Source: Candidatus Saccharimonadales bacterium
Lineage (GTDB): Bacteria; Patescibacteriota; Saccharimonadia; Saccharimonadales; UBA10212
NCBI GenBank assembly: GCA_035480715.1
Contig: DATIHL010000015.1
Location: 8,384 to 72,383 of the forward strand
Direction: 5' to 3'
DNA: 64,000 nt
Within the stretch, counting starts at the first letter, position 1; every line of letters begins with the position of its first letter. A program made the position numbers and the translations under genes. Of this stretch, positions 35,846 to 45,203 are shown piece by piece. The notes under the pieces were generated by a model that did not search any database, had not been told where the DNA came from, and saw only the letters and a program-made list of their open reading frames with translations.

Positions 35846-38149
35846 ATGGCGAAAAACCTTGTGATTGTGGAGAGTCCGGCAAAAGCCCGGACACTGGCTC
35901 AATTTCTAGGTAGTGATTATAAAGTCGAGAGCACCTTCGGGCATATTAGAGATCTGCCTAAAAAAGAATTGGGTGTTGATATCAAAAAGAATTTTGAACC
36001 GACTTACGAGATATCGCCGGATAAACAGAAGGTGGTAGCAGGGCTTAAAAAGGCTGCAAAAGGCCACACGGTCTGGCTAGCTAGTGACGAGGATCGCGAA
36101 GGCGAGGCCATAGCTTGGCACGTTTGCTATATATTGGGCCTGGATCCTAAAAAGACCAACCGGATCGTCTTTCACGAAATTACCAAGCCAGCGATAACAG
36201 AGGCCGTTGCCCATCCTAGAACCATAGACGTCAAACTATTTCACGCCCAGCAAGCACGTCGGGTCTTAGATAGATTAGTAGGATATGAGCTCAGTCCTGT
36301 CTTGTGGAAAAAGGTTAGAGCCGGCCTGTCCGCCGGGCGTGTCCAGAGTGTAGCTGTTAGATTAATTGTTGAGCGTGAGCGAGAAATTACAGATCATAAA
36401 CCGGAAAGTACATTTAAAGTAACGGCCATTTTTGATGCTAAGGGCGAGGAGTTGGCCGCTGAGCTGGAACAGAAGATATCTGATATAAATGGCGCTAAAA
36501 AATTTCTGGAGTTTGCTAAAGATGCCAATTTCAGCGTTGCTTCTGTAGAGCAAAAGCCTGGTACGCGTTCGCCAGCCGCTCCTTTTACGACCAGTACTCT
36601 TCAGCAAGAAGCAGCCCGACGTTTGGGTTATAGCGTCCGGCAGACGATGAGCCTAGCCCAAAGACTCTATGAAAACGGTCACATAAGCTACATGCGTACC
36701 GATAGCACCAATCTTTCACCTCTAGCTATAGATGCCGCTAAGGCCTACATTACTAAAAATTTTGGCGACAAATATAGCCAGAGCCGGCAATATAAGACCA
36801 AAGATAAATCAGCCCAGGAAGCACACGAGGCTATCAGGCCCTCAAATATTACGAAGACCAAAGCTGGAGCAGACGCCCAACAGCAAAAAATTTATGATCT
36901 TATTTGGCGCAGAGCGGTTGCCAGCCAGATGGCGCCGGCTCAAATCGACAAAACAGAGGTAAAAATAGCCATCAGCGGCCACGATGAACAATTCATAGCC
37001 AACGGTGAAGTGTTGCGTTTTGATGGCTTCTATAAAGTTTACGGTGGTGGCAAGGAAGATCAGATTTTGCCCGTACTGAAAAAGGCAGATAAGCTCAAAT
37101 TACAAAGCTTGCTAGCAGCTGAAACCTTTAGCCGACCGCCTGCCCGTTACAGCGAGGCGACGCTCGTAAGAAAACTCGAGGAACTGGGCATTGGCCGCCC
37201 CAGTACCTACGCGCCGACAATTGGCACCATCCAAGACAGGGGCTACATCGAGAAAAAAGACTTAGAAGGCGAGCATAGGACCAGCCGCGAGCTAAGCCTG
37301 GAACACGGCAAAATTACGGAACGGGCAGTGGAGCAAACCGTTGGAGCCGATAGATCTAAACTTGTTCCGACGCAACTGGCCGACATCGTGACAGATTTCC
37401 TGACTAAATACTTCGCCAGCATTCTTGATTATGATTTTACTGCTCGGGCAGAAGAGGAACTCGACGATATCGCCGACGGTAAAACGCAGTGGCAGGACGC
37501 ATTGGCTCGTTTTTATGAACATTTCCACCCCCTAATTGAGAAGTCGAAGGATGTTAGTCGCTCGGAAACATTGCAAGTAAGGGAGCTCGGTAAAGATCCA
37601 AAAAGCGGCGAACCGGTTTTGGTGCGTTATGGCCGCTACGGCCCGGTGTTGCAAATTGGTAAAACACCCGATAAAAAAGATAAAGATGCTCCAAAACCAC
37701 GCTTTGCGCCTCTGCCAGCTGACACTACTTTAGAAGATGTGAATCTTGAACAGGCATTGCCGATGTTCAATTTACCCAGAGAAGTTGGCCAAACAGTAGA
37801 GGGTCAGACTATTACAGCCGACATTGGGCGATTCGGGCCTTATATAAAGGTAAGTAAAGAATTTACCAGCATCAAAGACCACGATCCACTGCATATCACC
37901 GAGGCTGAAGCTCGTAAGATACTCTCGGATAAGGCAACGGCAGCCGAGGAAAGAGAAATAGCCGATTTTGGCACTATTAAGGTACTGCGCGGTCCCTATG
38001 GCCCATATGCCACTGATGGTAAAAAGAATGTCAGAGTGCCTAAAGATGTGGATCCGACTAAGCTGACTGAGGTAGAGGCTAAAAAACTACTGGAAAAAGC
38101 TCCCACATCAAGAGGCAGACGATTTCCACGCCGCCCCAAAATCACCTAA
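35846..38149 (+). CDS. topA: DNA topoisomerase I
   Basis: LVIVESPAKA (Toprim), DEDREGE, ISYMRTDS (catalytic Tyr region), 767 aa. Confidence 0.93.
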   Translation: MAKNLVIVESPAKARTLAQFLGSDYKVESTFGHIRDLPKKELGVDIKKNFEPTYEISPDKQKVVAGLKKAAKGHTVWLASDEDREGEAIAWHVCYILGLDPKKTNRIVFHEITKPAITEAVAHPRTIDVKLFHAQQARRVLDRLVGYELSPVLWKKVRAGLSAGRVQSVAVRLIVEREREITDHKPESTFKVTAIFDAKGEELAAELEQKISDINGAKKFLEFAKDANFSVASVEQKPGTRSPAAPFTTSTLQQEAARRLGYSVRQTMSLAQRLYENGHISYMRTDSTNLSPLAIDAAKAYITKNFGDKYSQSRQYKTKDKSAQEAHEAIRPSNITKTKAGADAQQQKIYDLIWRRAVASQMAPAQIDKTEVKIAISGHDEQFIANGEVLRFDGFYKVYGGGKEDQILPVLKKADKLKLQSLLAAETFSRPPARYSEATLVRKLEELGIGRPSTYAPTIGTIQDRGYIEKKDLEGEHRTSRELSLEHGKITERAVEQTVGADRSKLVPTQLADIVTDFLTKYFASILDYDFTARAEEELDDIADGKTQWQDALARFYEHFHPLIEKSKDVSRSETLQVRELGKDPKSGEPVLVRYGRYGPVLQIGKTPDKKDKDAPKPRFAPLPADTTLEDVNLEQALPMFNLPREVGQTVEGQTITADIGRFGPYIKVSKEFTSIKDHDPLHITEAEARKILSDKATAAEEREIADFGTIKVLRGPYGPYATDGKKNVRVPKDVDPTKLTEVEAKKLLEKAPTSRGRRFPRRPKIT

Positions 38150-38283
38150 ACCAGCGAAGATCCTTCTTGAGCGTTTGTCCACAATTTGGCCAGATTAGGA
38201 ACTATGTATTGTAGTAAATTAAACATAAACGAATTGGCTAAGGCGTCTAATTAGTGATACAATAATATTAGTACATAAAGTAT

Positions 38284-38311
38284 TTGACATTTAAAATATA
38301 AGTTTTATAAT
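38284..38311 (+). promoter_or_regulatory. Near-consensus sigma70-type promoter upstream of the sigma-r4/HARE-HTH gene
   Basis: TTGACA (38284-38289), a 16-nt spacer, then TATAAT (38306-38311), in an AT-rich spacer 44 nt upstream of the ATG at 38355. Confidence 0.5.
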
Positions 38312-38354
38312 TATACATAGCTAGAGCGTTTTTTAGCTGTTAGAGACTACACTT

Positions 38355-39395
38355 ATGGAAGATACAGCCAATACCAAACAACTGAACCTAGAGAGCATCG
38401 TCCAAGATGTTCTAAATACTATTGAGCGCGAACGCGAGCGGGAGATTATAGCTCGCCGCTTTGGTTTATTTGACAGAAGGGAGACGCTAGAGCAGATAGG
38501 AGAACTTCTGGGAATAACCAGAGAACGTGTCAGACAGCTGGAAAAGGCCGTTATAACTCGCTTAAAGGCCGCCGCTGAAGCAGGCGAACTGCCCCACATT
38601 AAAGACGTCGAGGGTACTCTTAGCGCTCATCTAAAAGATATGGGTAATGTCGCCCGTACCAGTGAACTTACCAACCGGGTAGCCTCCGGTGATCCCAAGG
38701 TTGAACACTCACGCGTAGCGTTTTTAGCCCACCTCAGTCCCGGATTGGCCGTAATAGACGATAATGATCACTTTTTTCACTCTATTGGGTTAGTAGCCGA
38801 GCACACTGAAAAGAAAATTCGCGACCATGTCGCCAAGATTATTGAAGCGATTCAGAAAATTGGCGAGCCGACTGATATCGAGACAATTGCCAAGCAGGTT
38901 GGTAATCCCAATAATAAGCACGTCGAAGCACTGGCTAGTGTTTCTAAGAACGTAGCGTCACTCCATGGACGATGGGGACTAGTTAAGTGGCCAATGGTTA
39001 ATCCGAAGAATATCCGCGACAAAATCTATGTCATATTGCACGACAATAAAAAGCCGATGCACTTTTCCGAAATAGCTGACGCCATCAAAAAGAGCGATTT
39101 CAAGCGCAAAGACGTCACCACTCAGGCAATTCATAACGAGCTAATAAAAGACAAGCGCTTTGTGCTGATAGGGCGGGGGATTTACGCCCTTAAAGAATGG
39201 GGTTACAAGCAGGGCACTGTGGCTGATGTAATAGCTGAAGTACTACGCAAAGAAGGTGGCCCGCTGCACCGAGATGAAATTGTGCGCCGCGTGCTAAAGA
39301 GCAGGCAAGTTAAAGAGACTACGATTTTGCTTAATCTGCAGGGAAAACCTCAGTTTAAACGAGTCGCCAAAGCTACATACACACTCGCAGAATAA
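38355..39395 (+). CDS. Sigma-70 region-4-like HTH protein with repeated HARE-HTH-like winged-helix modules
   Basis: The N-terminus RRFGLFDRRETLEQIGELLGITRERVRQLEKAVITRLK is sigma r4-like. Later IYVILHDNKKPMHFSEIADAI...RFVLIGRGIYALKEWGY and ...GRWGLVKW resemble the HARE-HTH motif of RpoE-delta type proteins. Confidence 0.6.
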   Translation: MEDTANTKQLNLESIVQDVLNTIEREREREIIARRFGLFDRRETLEQIGELLGITRERVRQLEKAVITRLKAAAEAGELPHIKDVEGTLSAHLKDMGNVARTSELTNRVASGDPKVEHSRVAFLAHLSPGLAVIDDNDHFFHSIGLVAEHTEKKIRDHVAKIIEAIQKIGEPTDIETIAKQVGNPNNKHVEALASVSKNVASLHGRWGLVKWPMVNPKNIRDKIYVILHDNKKPMHFSEIADAIKKSDFKRKDVTTQAIHNELIKDKRFVLIGRGIYALKEWGYKQGTVADVIAEVLRKEGGPLHRDEIVRRVLKSRQVKETTILLNLQGKPQFKRVAKATYTLAE

Positions 39396-39459
39396 AAAGA
39401 GAGCTGAATGCTCTCACCCTAGATCCCTATCTGGAGTATAATAAAGCATTAGAATTGCT

Positions 39460-42096
39460 ATGGGATTATTAGGTAGAAACAAGGCAGTTGGACCGGCGCA
39501 TGAGCACTGTTTGCTAATGCTCGAAGTACCGCGTACCAACGACAAAAAAGAGCTGGCCGCCGAGCAAATGTTGGCAGCTCTGCATGGAATTTTGCGTTCC
39601 AAGCGCGAACTGCGGATATCCGGGACACTCCAGGAACATATTAGTTTGGAAGTGGCGGCCATTGGTCAACGCATTCGTTTTTATATCTGGACACCTAAGC
39701 ACCTGCAGGCTTTCGTAGAAGGCCAAATCTATGCCCAATATCCAACCGTGCAAATATACGAACAAGAGGAAGATTACTCTGATAGGCCGATGCACCAGGG
39801 CGTCGTGCACAGCGCAGAACTTGTTTTATCCGATAATGAAACCCTGCCTATAAAAACCTTTCCCAGCTTCGAGGTGGACCCCCTAGCTGCCATTACGGCA
39901 ACCCTGGCTAAGCTAGATAAAGAAGACGAGGAAATGTGGATTCAGATTATGGCACGGCCGATATCTGACGATTGGCACCGAAAAGGCGCTAAAGCCGTAG
40001 CTCGTATCCGTAATCAACAGGGACTGTTTGGTGGCGGGGGCGGAGAACTAGTCAGCTATGCCGCCCAGGCTTTTGCCGCTCTAGCCAAGCCGCCAGCAGC
40101 TACAGACGGCGAAAAAGGGGCCCCCGAGCTTTCGGAGCGTGATAAAAGCCGGATTGCAGCGATAGAAACAAAAGGCATAAAGCTTGGTTACCAGGTAAAA
40201 ATCCGGCTACTGTATGCCGGACACGACCAACGCACAGCCCGCTTGCGTATGCAAGCGCTAGTTGGAGCATTTAAACAATTCAATTCTACTAACTTGAACG
40301 GCTTCCAAGCTAAAAACGCTACTTTTAATCGTGATAAGCAGCTCGAATATCAAACCCGATTCTTTATCGATAATGGCTACATTCTCAATATCGAAGAGCT
40401 GGCTAGTCTATTCCACCTGCCACACACTACAGTCGAGACGCCGAATATCGTTTGGGCGACGGTTAAGACGGCGGAACCGCCGTCAAACGTGCCGATTGCT
40501 ACAGCCGGACAAGAAGTAGATATCAGTCTGTTTGGTGTAACCAATTTTCGCGGCGATAACACAATTTTTGGAGCCTACCGCGGCGATCGCGGCCGCCACA
40601 TTTATATTTTGGGACAGACCGGCACGGGTAAGTCGGGAGCGTTAGAGCTTTTAACATTATCGGACATTTACTACAACCAGGGTTTTGCCGTAATCGACCC
40701 GCACGGTGATTACGCCCAGCACGTATTGAAGTTTATCCCCGAGAGACGCTTGGACGATATAGTCTACTTCAACCCCGCTGACAGGGAGTATCCAATCGGC
40801 TTCAACCCACTCGAGGTTACCGACCCGACAATGAAGGGACATATCAGCTCAGAGCTGGTGGGCGTACTGAAAAAGCTTTTTGCCGAAAGCTGGGGCCCAA
40901 GGCTGGAGTATATTCTGCGCTACACGCTGCTAGCACTGCTGGATTATCCTAACTCCACACTGCTTGACATTACACGCATGCTAACCGAGAAGAAATTCCG
41001 CCAAGATGTCATAGACCACCTTCAGGATCCGGTTGTCCGTAACTTTTGGGTCAACGAGTTTGCCAGCTGGAACGATAAATTCGCCACCGAAGCCGTAGCA
41101 CCAGTATTAAACAAGGTAGGTGCCTTCACAGCCAACCCAATGATCCGGAACATTGTAGGCCAGCCTAAGAGTACCTTTAACATTCGCCAGATAATGGACG
41201 AGGGCAAAATCCTGATTGCCAACCTTAGCCGCGGACTAATGGGTGAAGATAACGCAGCGACGCTTGGCGCTATGATGGTAGCTAAGATCCAGCTATCGGC
41301 TATGAGCCGCGCCGACGTACCGGAGAGCGAGCGGCGCCAGTTTTATCTATATGTCGATGAATTTCAGAATTTTGCAACTGACAGCTTTGCTACCATCCTC
41401 AGCGAAGCGCGTAAATACGCCCTTAATTTAACGATCGCTAACCAATACATATCGCAGATGGAGCAGGCTGTACGCGACGCCGTTTTCGGTAATGTTGGGA
41501 CTATCGTGAGCTTTAGGGTCAGCCCCGATGACTCACCATTTCTGCAAAAGTATTTTGAGCCGCAGTTCGAATCGACTGATTTAATCCAGCAACATAACCG
41601 CTATTTTGTAGTTAGTATGACGATTGACGGCGAAAAAGCACCGGCGTTTTCTGCCAAGACGCTGAATCTGCCACAGCCCGCCAAGGATCTAACGTCAGAA
41701 ATTGTCGAGCTATCTCGGCAAAGATTCTCCCAGCCGCGTGCAGCCATCGAGGCTGTAATCCACGAAGCTGCGACTAAAATCGGCGAACCTAAACAGATAG
41801 CTCCACCAGCCAACCAGCAACGGCCTAAGGTTCAAGCCCAGCTAAATACGCTCCAAGCTATAGATGATAACAAGCCGGCTGATCATAATCGTATTGGAAA
41901 AGTAGCTGGCAGCCTTCTAAAGTCGGTTGCGAGCGAACCCAATGATGATCAGCCTACTAAAAAAAGGCGCAGGCGGCGGCGGCGAAGTAGGCCAGCGTCG
42001 CAGGATGGAGCTGCTACTACTGCCCAACATGCTAATGTTCAACAGCCGGCTCCAGCTCAAAAGAGCGAAGAAGAGCACACCATACGTCTGCGTTAG
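39460..42096 (+). CDS. FtsK/HerA/VirD4-superfamily P-loop ATPase (TraD/TraG coupling-protein-like) lacking TM segments
   Basis: 878 aa. Walker A is GQTGTGKSG and Walker B is FYLYVDEFQNFAT, with LTIANQY. The N-terminal domain of about 350 aa is uncharacterised, and the C-terminal tail is Q/P/A-rich with KKRRRRRRRSRP. Confidence 0.65.
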   Translation: MGLLGRNKAVGPAHEHCLLMLEVPRTNDKKELAAEQMLAALHGILRSKRELRISGTLQEHISLEVAAIGQRIRFYIWTPKHLQAFVEGQIYAQYPTVQIYEQEEDYSDRPMHQGVVHSAELVLSDNETLPIKTFPSFEVDPLAAITATLAKLDKEDEEMWIQIMARPISDDWHRKGAKAVARIRNQQGLFGGGGGELVSYAAQAFAALAKPPAATDGEKGAPELSERDKSRIAAIETKGIKLGYQVKIRLLYAGHDQRTARLRMQALVGAFKQFNSTNLNGFQAKNATFNRDKQLEYQTRFFIDNGYILNIEELASLFHLPHTTVETPNIVWATVKTAEPPSNVPIATAGQEVDISLFGVTNFRGDNTIFGAYRGDRGRHIYILGQTGTGKSGALELLTLSDIYYNQGFAVIDPHGDYAQHVLKFIPERRLDDIVYFNPADREYPIGFNPLEVTDPTMKGHISSELVGVLKKLFAESWGPRLEYILRYTLLALLDYPNSTLLDITRMLTEKKFRQDVIDHLQDPVVRNFWVNEFASWNDKFATEAVAPVLNKVGAFTANPMIRNIVGQPKSTFNIRQIMDEGKILIANLSRGLMGEDNAATLGAMMVAKIQLSAMSRADVPESERRQFYLYVDEFQNFATDSFATILSEARKYALNLTIANQYISQMEQAVRDAVFGNVGTIVSFRVSPDDSPFLQKYFEPQFESTDLIQQHNRYFVVSMTIDGEKAPAFSAKTLNLPQPAKDLTSEIVELSRQRFSQPRAAIEAVIHEAATKIGEPKQIAPPANQQRPKVQAQLNTLQAIDDNKPADHNRIGKVAGSLLKSVASEPNDDQPTKKRRRRRRRSRPASQDGAATTAQHANVQQPAPAQKSEEEHTIRLR

Positions 42097-42383
42097 TTGC
42101 AGCTGTCAATCTTACTTTCATTTAAGTACGAACATTTTACGAACACTACTAATCAAGCATTCATGCGAATAACGACACGAGCTGCGCAAAAGGACAGTGC
42201 GAGGCAGCAGAGACAGAAAATTAAATTAAAATTTGTTAGCATCTAGAAAATTAATGTATTGAAGGAGCAAGGGGGAATCAGAATCAAGTCTTAGACTTTG
42301 GGTCGCACAATGTATATTTTGCGACTCTATATAATATGTAGGAGTTGATTCGTTATACCCCTCCTAACAGGGGAGGATCGCTC

Positions 42384-42470
42384 GTACTTCCAAAAAAGAG
42401 ACCGCCCGCATGCCGCATCGCCTGAGGCGGTACGGCGTATTCGCTGCTTAACTCTCTTTTTCGGAAGTAC
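42384..42470. other. 87-nt extended imperfect hairpin in a gene-free convergent spacer (terminator, sRNA or palindromic element)
   Basis: GTACTTCCAAAAAAGAGA (42384-42401) pairs with TCTCTTTTTCGGAAGTAC (42453-42470) at 17 of 18 positions. It encloses the GC hairpin 42412-42436 (GCCG-c-ATCGCC/GGCGGT-a-CGGC, loop TGA). Confidence 0.5.
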
Positions 42471-42690
42471 TCGCTCCATCAATTCTTTCTGTGAAAAGTG
42501 GCCGAGTTATCCACAAGCACATGTAGCGTATTTGACTTTCCATTCTTTGATATCCTTATATACTTTTCCCCTGCTTTACCAATTTAAATATATCCTTTGA
42601 CTTTTGGTATTTTAATATACTAGTATAGTTTTTCCCTGCTGCCACTTGCTAACCATTAAATGAACAAAATACGAACACCAGTGGGGTAGT

Positions 42691-44040
42691 TTAGTCTACT
42701 TCCAATTTTAGTGGCTTGGGCTTATTTTGAATTGCTAAATAGGAAACTACGCCAGCTATGGCAGCCAATCCCCCGCAGAGAATCATACTAAAACGAAAGA
42801 TATGCCCTGCTCCGAATAGACCCAGTATGGCAATTACAATTAGGCCAGCTATGCGCGAAACGGCGTTATTAATGCCTGACGCAATACCAGAACTTGACTC
42901 CTCAACGGAGGTCATTACAGTAGTAGTAAGGGGAGCTACCAATAATACTAACCCGATGCTGAACAATAGTACTCTTGGCAGCATGAACCAGAGATAGCTG
43001 TGTCCAGGACGGTAATCTACCAATAGAAACATGCCAGCAGCCGCGACGATGGGACCGATTGTCATAAAGAGACGTGGACCATATTTCGATGAAAGGCGAC
43101 CGACTCTTCTAGAAAATAGTAGTAGCATGATAGATACCGGCAGTAAACTCGCGCCGGCTTTAATGGCAGAATAGCCGAGCTTGGTCTGCATATAAATGAC
43201 TAGTGAAAACATAAAGCCTGCCAAGGCTCCATACATGCCAAAAGTCATGATGTTGGATGCCGAAAAATTGCGCGAGCGGAATAGTGCCAAATGGATCATC
43301 GGATCCTTATTCCGATGTTCATACCACAAAAAGAGCCCACCGAAAAGAACCCCTGAAACAAGTGGGATAATAGCCTTGGCATGCCATTGGGCTACTGGAC
43401 CTTCTATCAGTCCGTACGTAATGCCCGCTAAGGCCAAAATACACAAGATAGCACCTGTAACATCTACCTTTCTGACCCTTTGGTCTCGGCTCTCTTCGAC
43501 GCCTTTAGCAGCCAGCACGCCACACACAACTATAAGTGGTACGTTTATGAAGAAAATCCAGCGCCAGGTGGTAGCATCAATAACGTAGCCACCAACCAGC
43601 GGACCAATCGCAGCTAAAATACCCGACCAGGCAGACCATGTACCAATGGCTGCTCCTCGTTGCTCGCGTGGAAAGTTAGTATTAATAATCGCTAATCCGC
43701 CAGGAACTAAAAGCGCTCCAAAAACTCCCTGAAGAAGCCGGAAAGCAATCAAAAAACCAACATTCGGTGATAAACCACAAAGCAACGATATGGTCCCAAA
43801 ACCTATCAAACCAGTAATGTATACTCGTTTACGACCAAAAATGTCGCCTAGCGAGCCGCCTAGCAGTATCAGCGAAGACAATGATAGTAAATAACCATCT
43901 GCAATCCATTGTAAATCAGAAAAATCAGCGTGCAGATTAAAGGCGATCTTCGGTAGAGCCAAATTTACGATTGTACCGTCTAGAAAAACTACTCCACTGC
44001 CAATAATCGTGGCAATCAGAGCTAATGTACGTTTGCTCAT
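42691..44040 (-). CDS. MFS transporter (DHA2/EmrB-like drug:H+ antiporter family)
   Basis: 449 aa with about 14 hydrophobic segments. GGSLGDIFGRKRVY matches the MFS motif A region. Confidence 0.85.
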   Translation of the reverse strand: MSKRTLALIATIIGSGVVFLDGTIVNLALPKIAFNLHADFSDLQWIADGYLLSLSSLILLGGSLGDIFGRKRVYITGLIGFGTISLLCGLSPNVGFLIAFRLLQGVFGALLVPGGLAIINTNFPREQRGAAIGTWSAWSGILAAIGPLVGGYVIDATTWRWIFFINVPLIVVCGVLAAKGVEESRDQRVRKVDVTGAILCILALAGITYGLIEGPVAQWHAKAIIPLVSGVLFGGLFLWYEHRNKDPMIHLALFRSRNFSASNIMTFGMYGALAGFMFSLVIYMQTKLGYSAIKAGASLLPVSIMLLLFSRRVGRLSSKYGPRLFMTIGPIVAAAGMFLLVDYRPGHSYLWFMLPRVLLFSIGLVLLVAPLTTTVMTSVEESSSGIASGINNAVSRIAGLIVIAILGLFGAGHIFRFSMILCGGLAAIAGVVSYLAIQNKPKPLKLEVD

Positions 44041-44104
44041 GGCTCAATCATAGCAAATATATATGTTGCGATTAACACAACAGAACTCTTGTCCCCTACC
44101 TTAG

Positions 44105-44212
44105 TCACTTGTAATATACCTTGCCGGGTACACGCACATCCAGATATTGTGATGGCTGAGTGTTAGATTGATCGAATCTGTGGCGCGTTGCTAGAAATTG
44201 GCCAGTCTGCAG
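44105..44212 (-). pseudogene. Orphan C-terminal fragment of an ftsQ-like gene (35 codons plus stop, no start)
   Basis: It translates to LQTGQFLATRHRFDQSNTQPSQYLDVRVPGKVYYK-stop, against LQAGQFLASRRQFDQTSTQPSQYLDVRVPGKVYYK-stop at the end of the intact gene (45204-45311). An in-frame stop lies 3 codons upstream. Confidence 0.7.
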
Positions 44213-44249
44213 CCAAAAAATTTACTGCATCCCCCGCTGCTGCCAAGAA

Positions 44250-44549
44250 CTAGAAGTTTGCTAGCTCGCCGTTTAGCGTCGAAAGATCACTACCGTCGGC
44301 GGTTGGCGTACCGTTCTGGTCAAGTGCTTTTTGAGCTTTGTCTAGGTCACTCGTAGAGTTAATAGTCGGAGCTGCAGAAGTATTTTTGGCCGCTAGCTGA
44401 GATCCGGAAGTGGTGTCAGAGGCTACTTGGTCAGTTGAATTTTTGGTGTTATAGACTTTATAGCCTACAAAGGCGACCAGACCGACTATTACCAGAACCA
44501 GAACAGTTTCAACTACTGTGAAACCCAGGTTATTCTTGCTTCTACTCAT
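44250..44549 (-). CDS. Prepilin-type N-terminal cleavage/methylation domain protein (short type IV pilin-like)
   Basis: MSRSKNNLGFTVVETVLVLVIVGLVAFVGY is a class III signal (G/FTxxE plus a hydrophobic helix). The C-terminal part is Ser/Thr/Asn-rich. Confidence 0.7.
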   Translation of the reverse strand: MSRSKNNLGFTVVETVLVLVIVGLVAFVGYKVYNTKNSTDQVASDTTSGSQLAAKNTSAAPTINSTSDLDKAQKALDQNGTPTADGSDLSTLNGELANF

Positions 44550-44550
44550 T

Positions 44551-45126
44551 TTATTGATTCCCTCCCGTAGTTGTATTGTCGCTGTTTGAGCTGTTGGTTG
44601 AATTATCCGGAGTTGCGTCTGATTGCACAGATTTAACGGCCACTATCAGATCCTTTATGGACTGCTGATAGGCATGTAGGGCCTGGATTTCTAATTTGAG
44701 ATCGTCCTTGAATCCCTGCGCAACTCCTTTAGGATCCGTACCATCGCACTTGAAGTTGGCTTTGTCTGTCTTGATTTTATCGATAGCGTCCTGAGCAGCC
44801 GTCTTTTTGGTATTGACATCAGCCACGAGCGTATCGTAGTTGGTAACGGTTTTACTCTTTTTGGTGTAAAAATCCTCAACGCGTGTAGCTATTGTCGTAT
44901 AAACGCCCAGTCGTTTTTGGCCGCGCTCAGCAATATTAGCCATTATTTTATTTATGACCGCTTCGTGTTTTTGGCAGGCCTTAAGCTTGGCGTCCTGCAG
45001 GCGCGTCTCGGCGGCTGCCTGAGCTGCTACTGCATGCACATTAGCAATAGCAAAAGCCGGCGCACTGCATACGAGTAGCGTTGCTATGCCGGTAGCAGCT
45101 GCGGTTTTAGTGATAAATCGGTGCAT
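44551..45126 (-). CDS. Secreted hypothetical protein (Sec signal peptide, helical, Ser/Asn/Thr-rich C-terminus)
   Basis: The MHRFITKTAAATGIATLLVCSAPAFA signal-like N-terminus and an AAGGGATAAGGA RBS region. No known domain. Confidence 0.5.
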   Translation of the reverse strand: MHRFITKTAAATGIATLLVCSAPAFAIANVHAVAAQAAAETRLQDAKLKACQKHEAVINKIMANIAERGQKRLGVYTTIATRVEDFYTKKSKTVTNYDTLVADVNTKKTAAQDAIDKIKTDKANFKCDGTDPKGVAQGFKDDLKLEIQALHAYQQSIKDLIVAVKSVQSDATPDNSTNSSNSDNTTTGGNQ

Positions 45127-45203
45127 ATAATCCTTATCCCTTAATTACTAGAGATTAGTGTATGGCTTGTTAACGCCCGAGTCAATAATGGTCGGCTGTC
45201 TGT

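Noticed and set aside
41945-41995. A GGC/GCG-rich simple repeat (aggcgcaggcggcggcggcgaag).
   Set aside because: It lies inside the ATPase CDS and encodes the poly-Arg tract. It is coding low complexity, not a separate repeat element.
42358-42376. An apparent 7-bp hairpin CCCCTCC/GGGGAGG.
   Set aside because: On checking the complementarity, only CCTCC (42360-42364) and GGAGG (42372-42376) pair, which is 5 bp with a 7-nt loop. That is too weak to list as a feature on its own.
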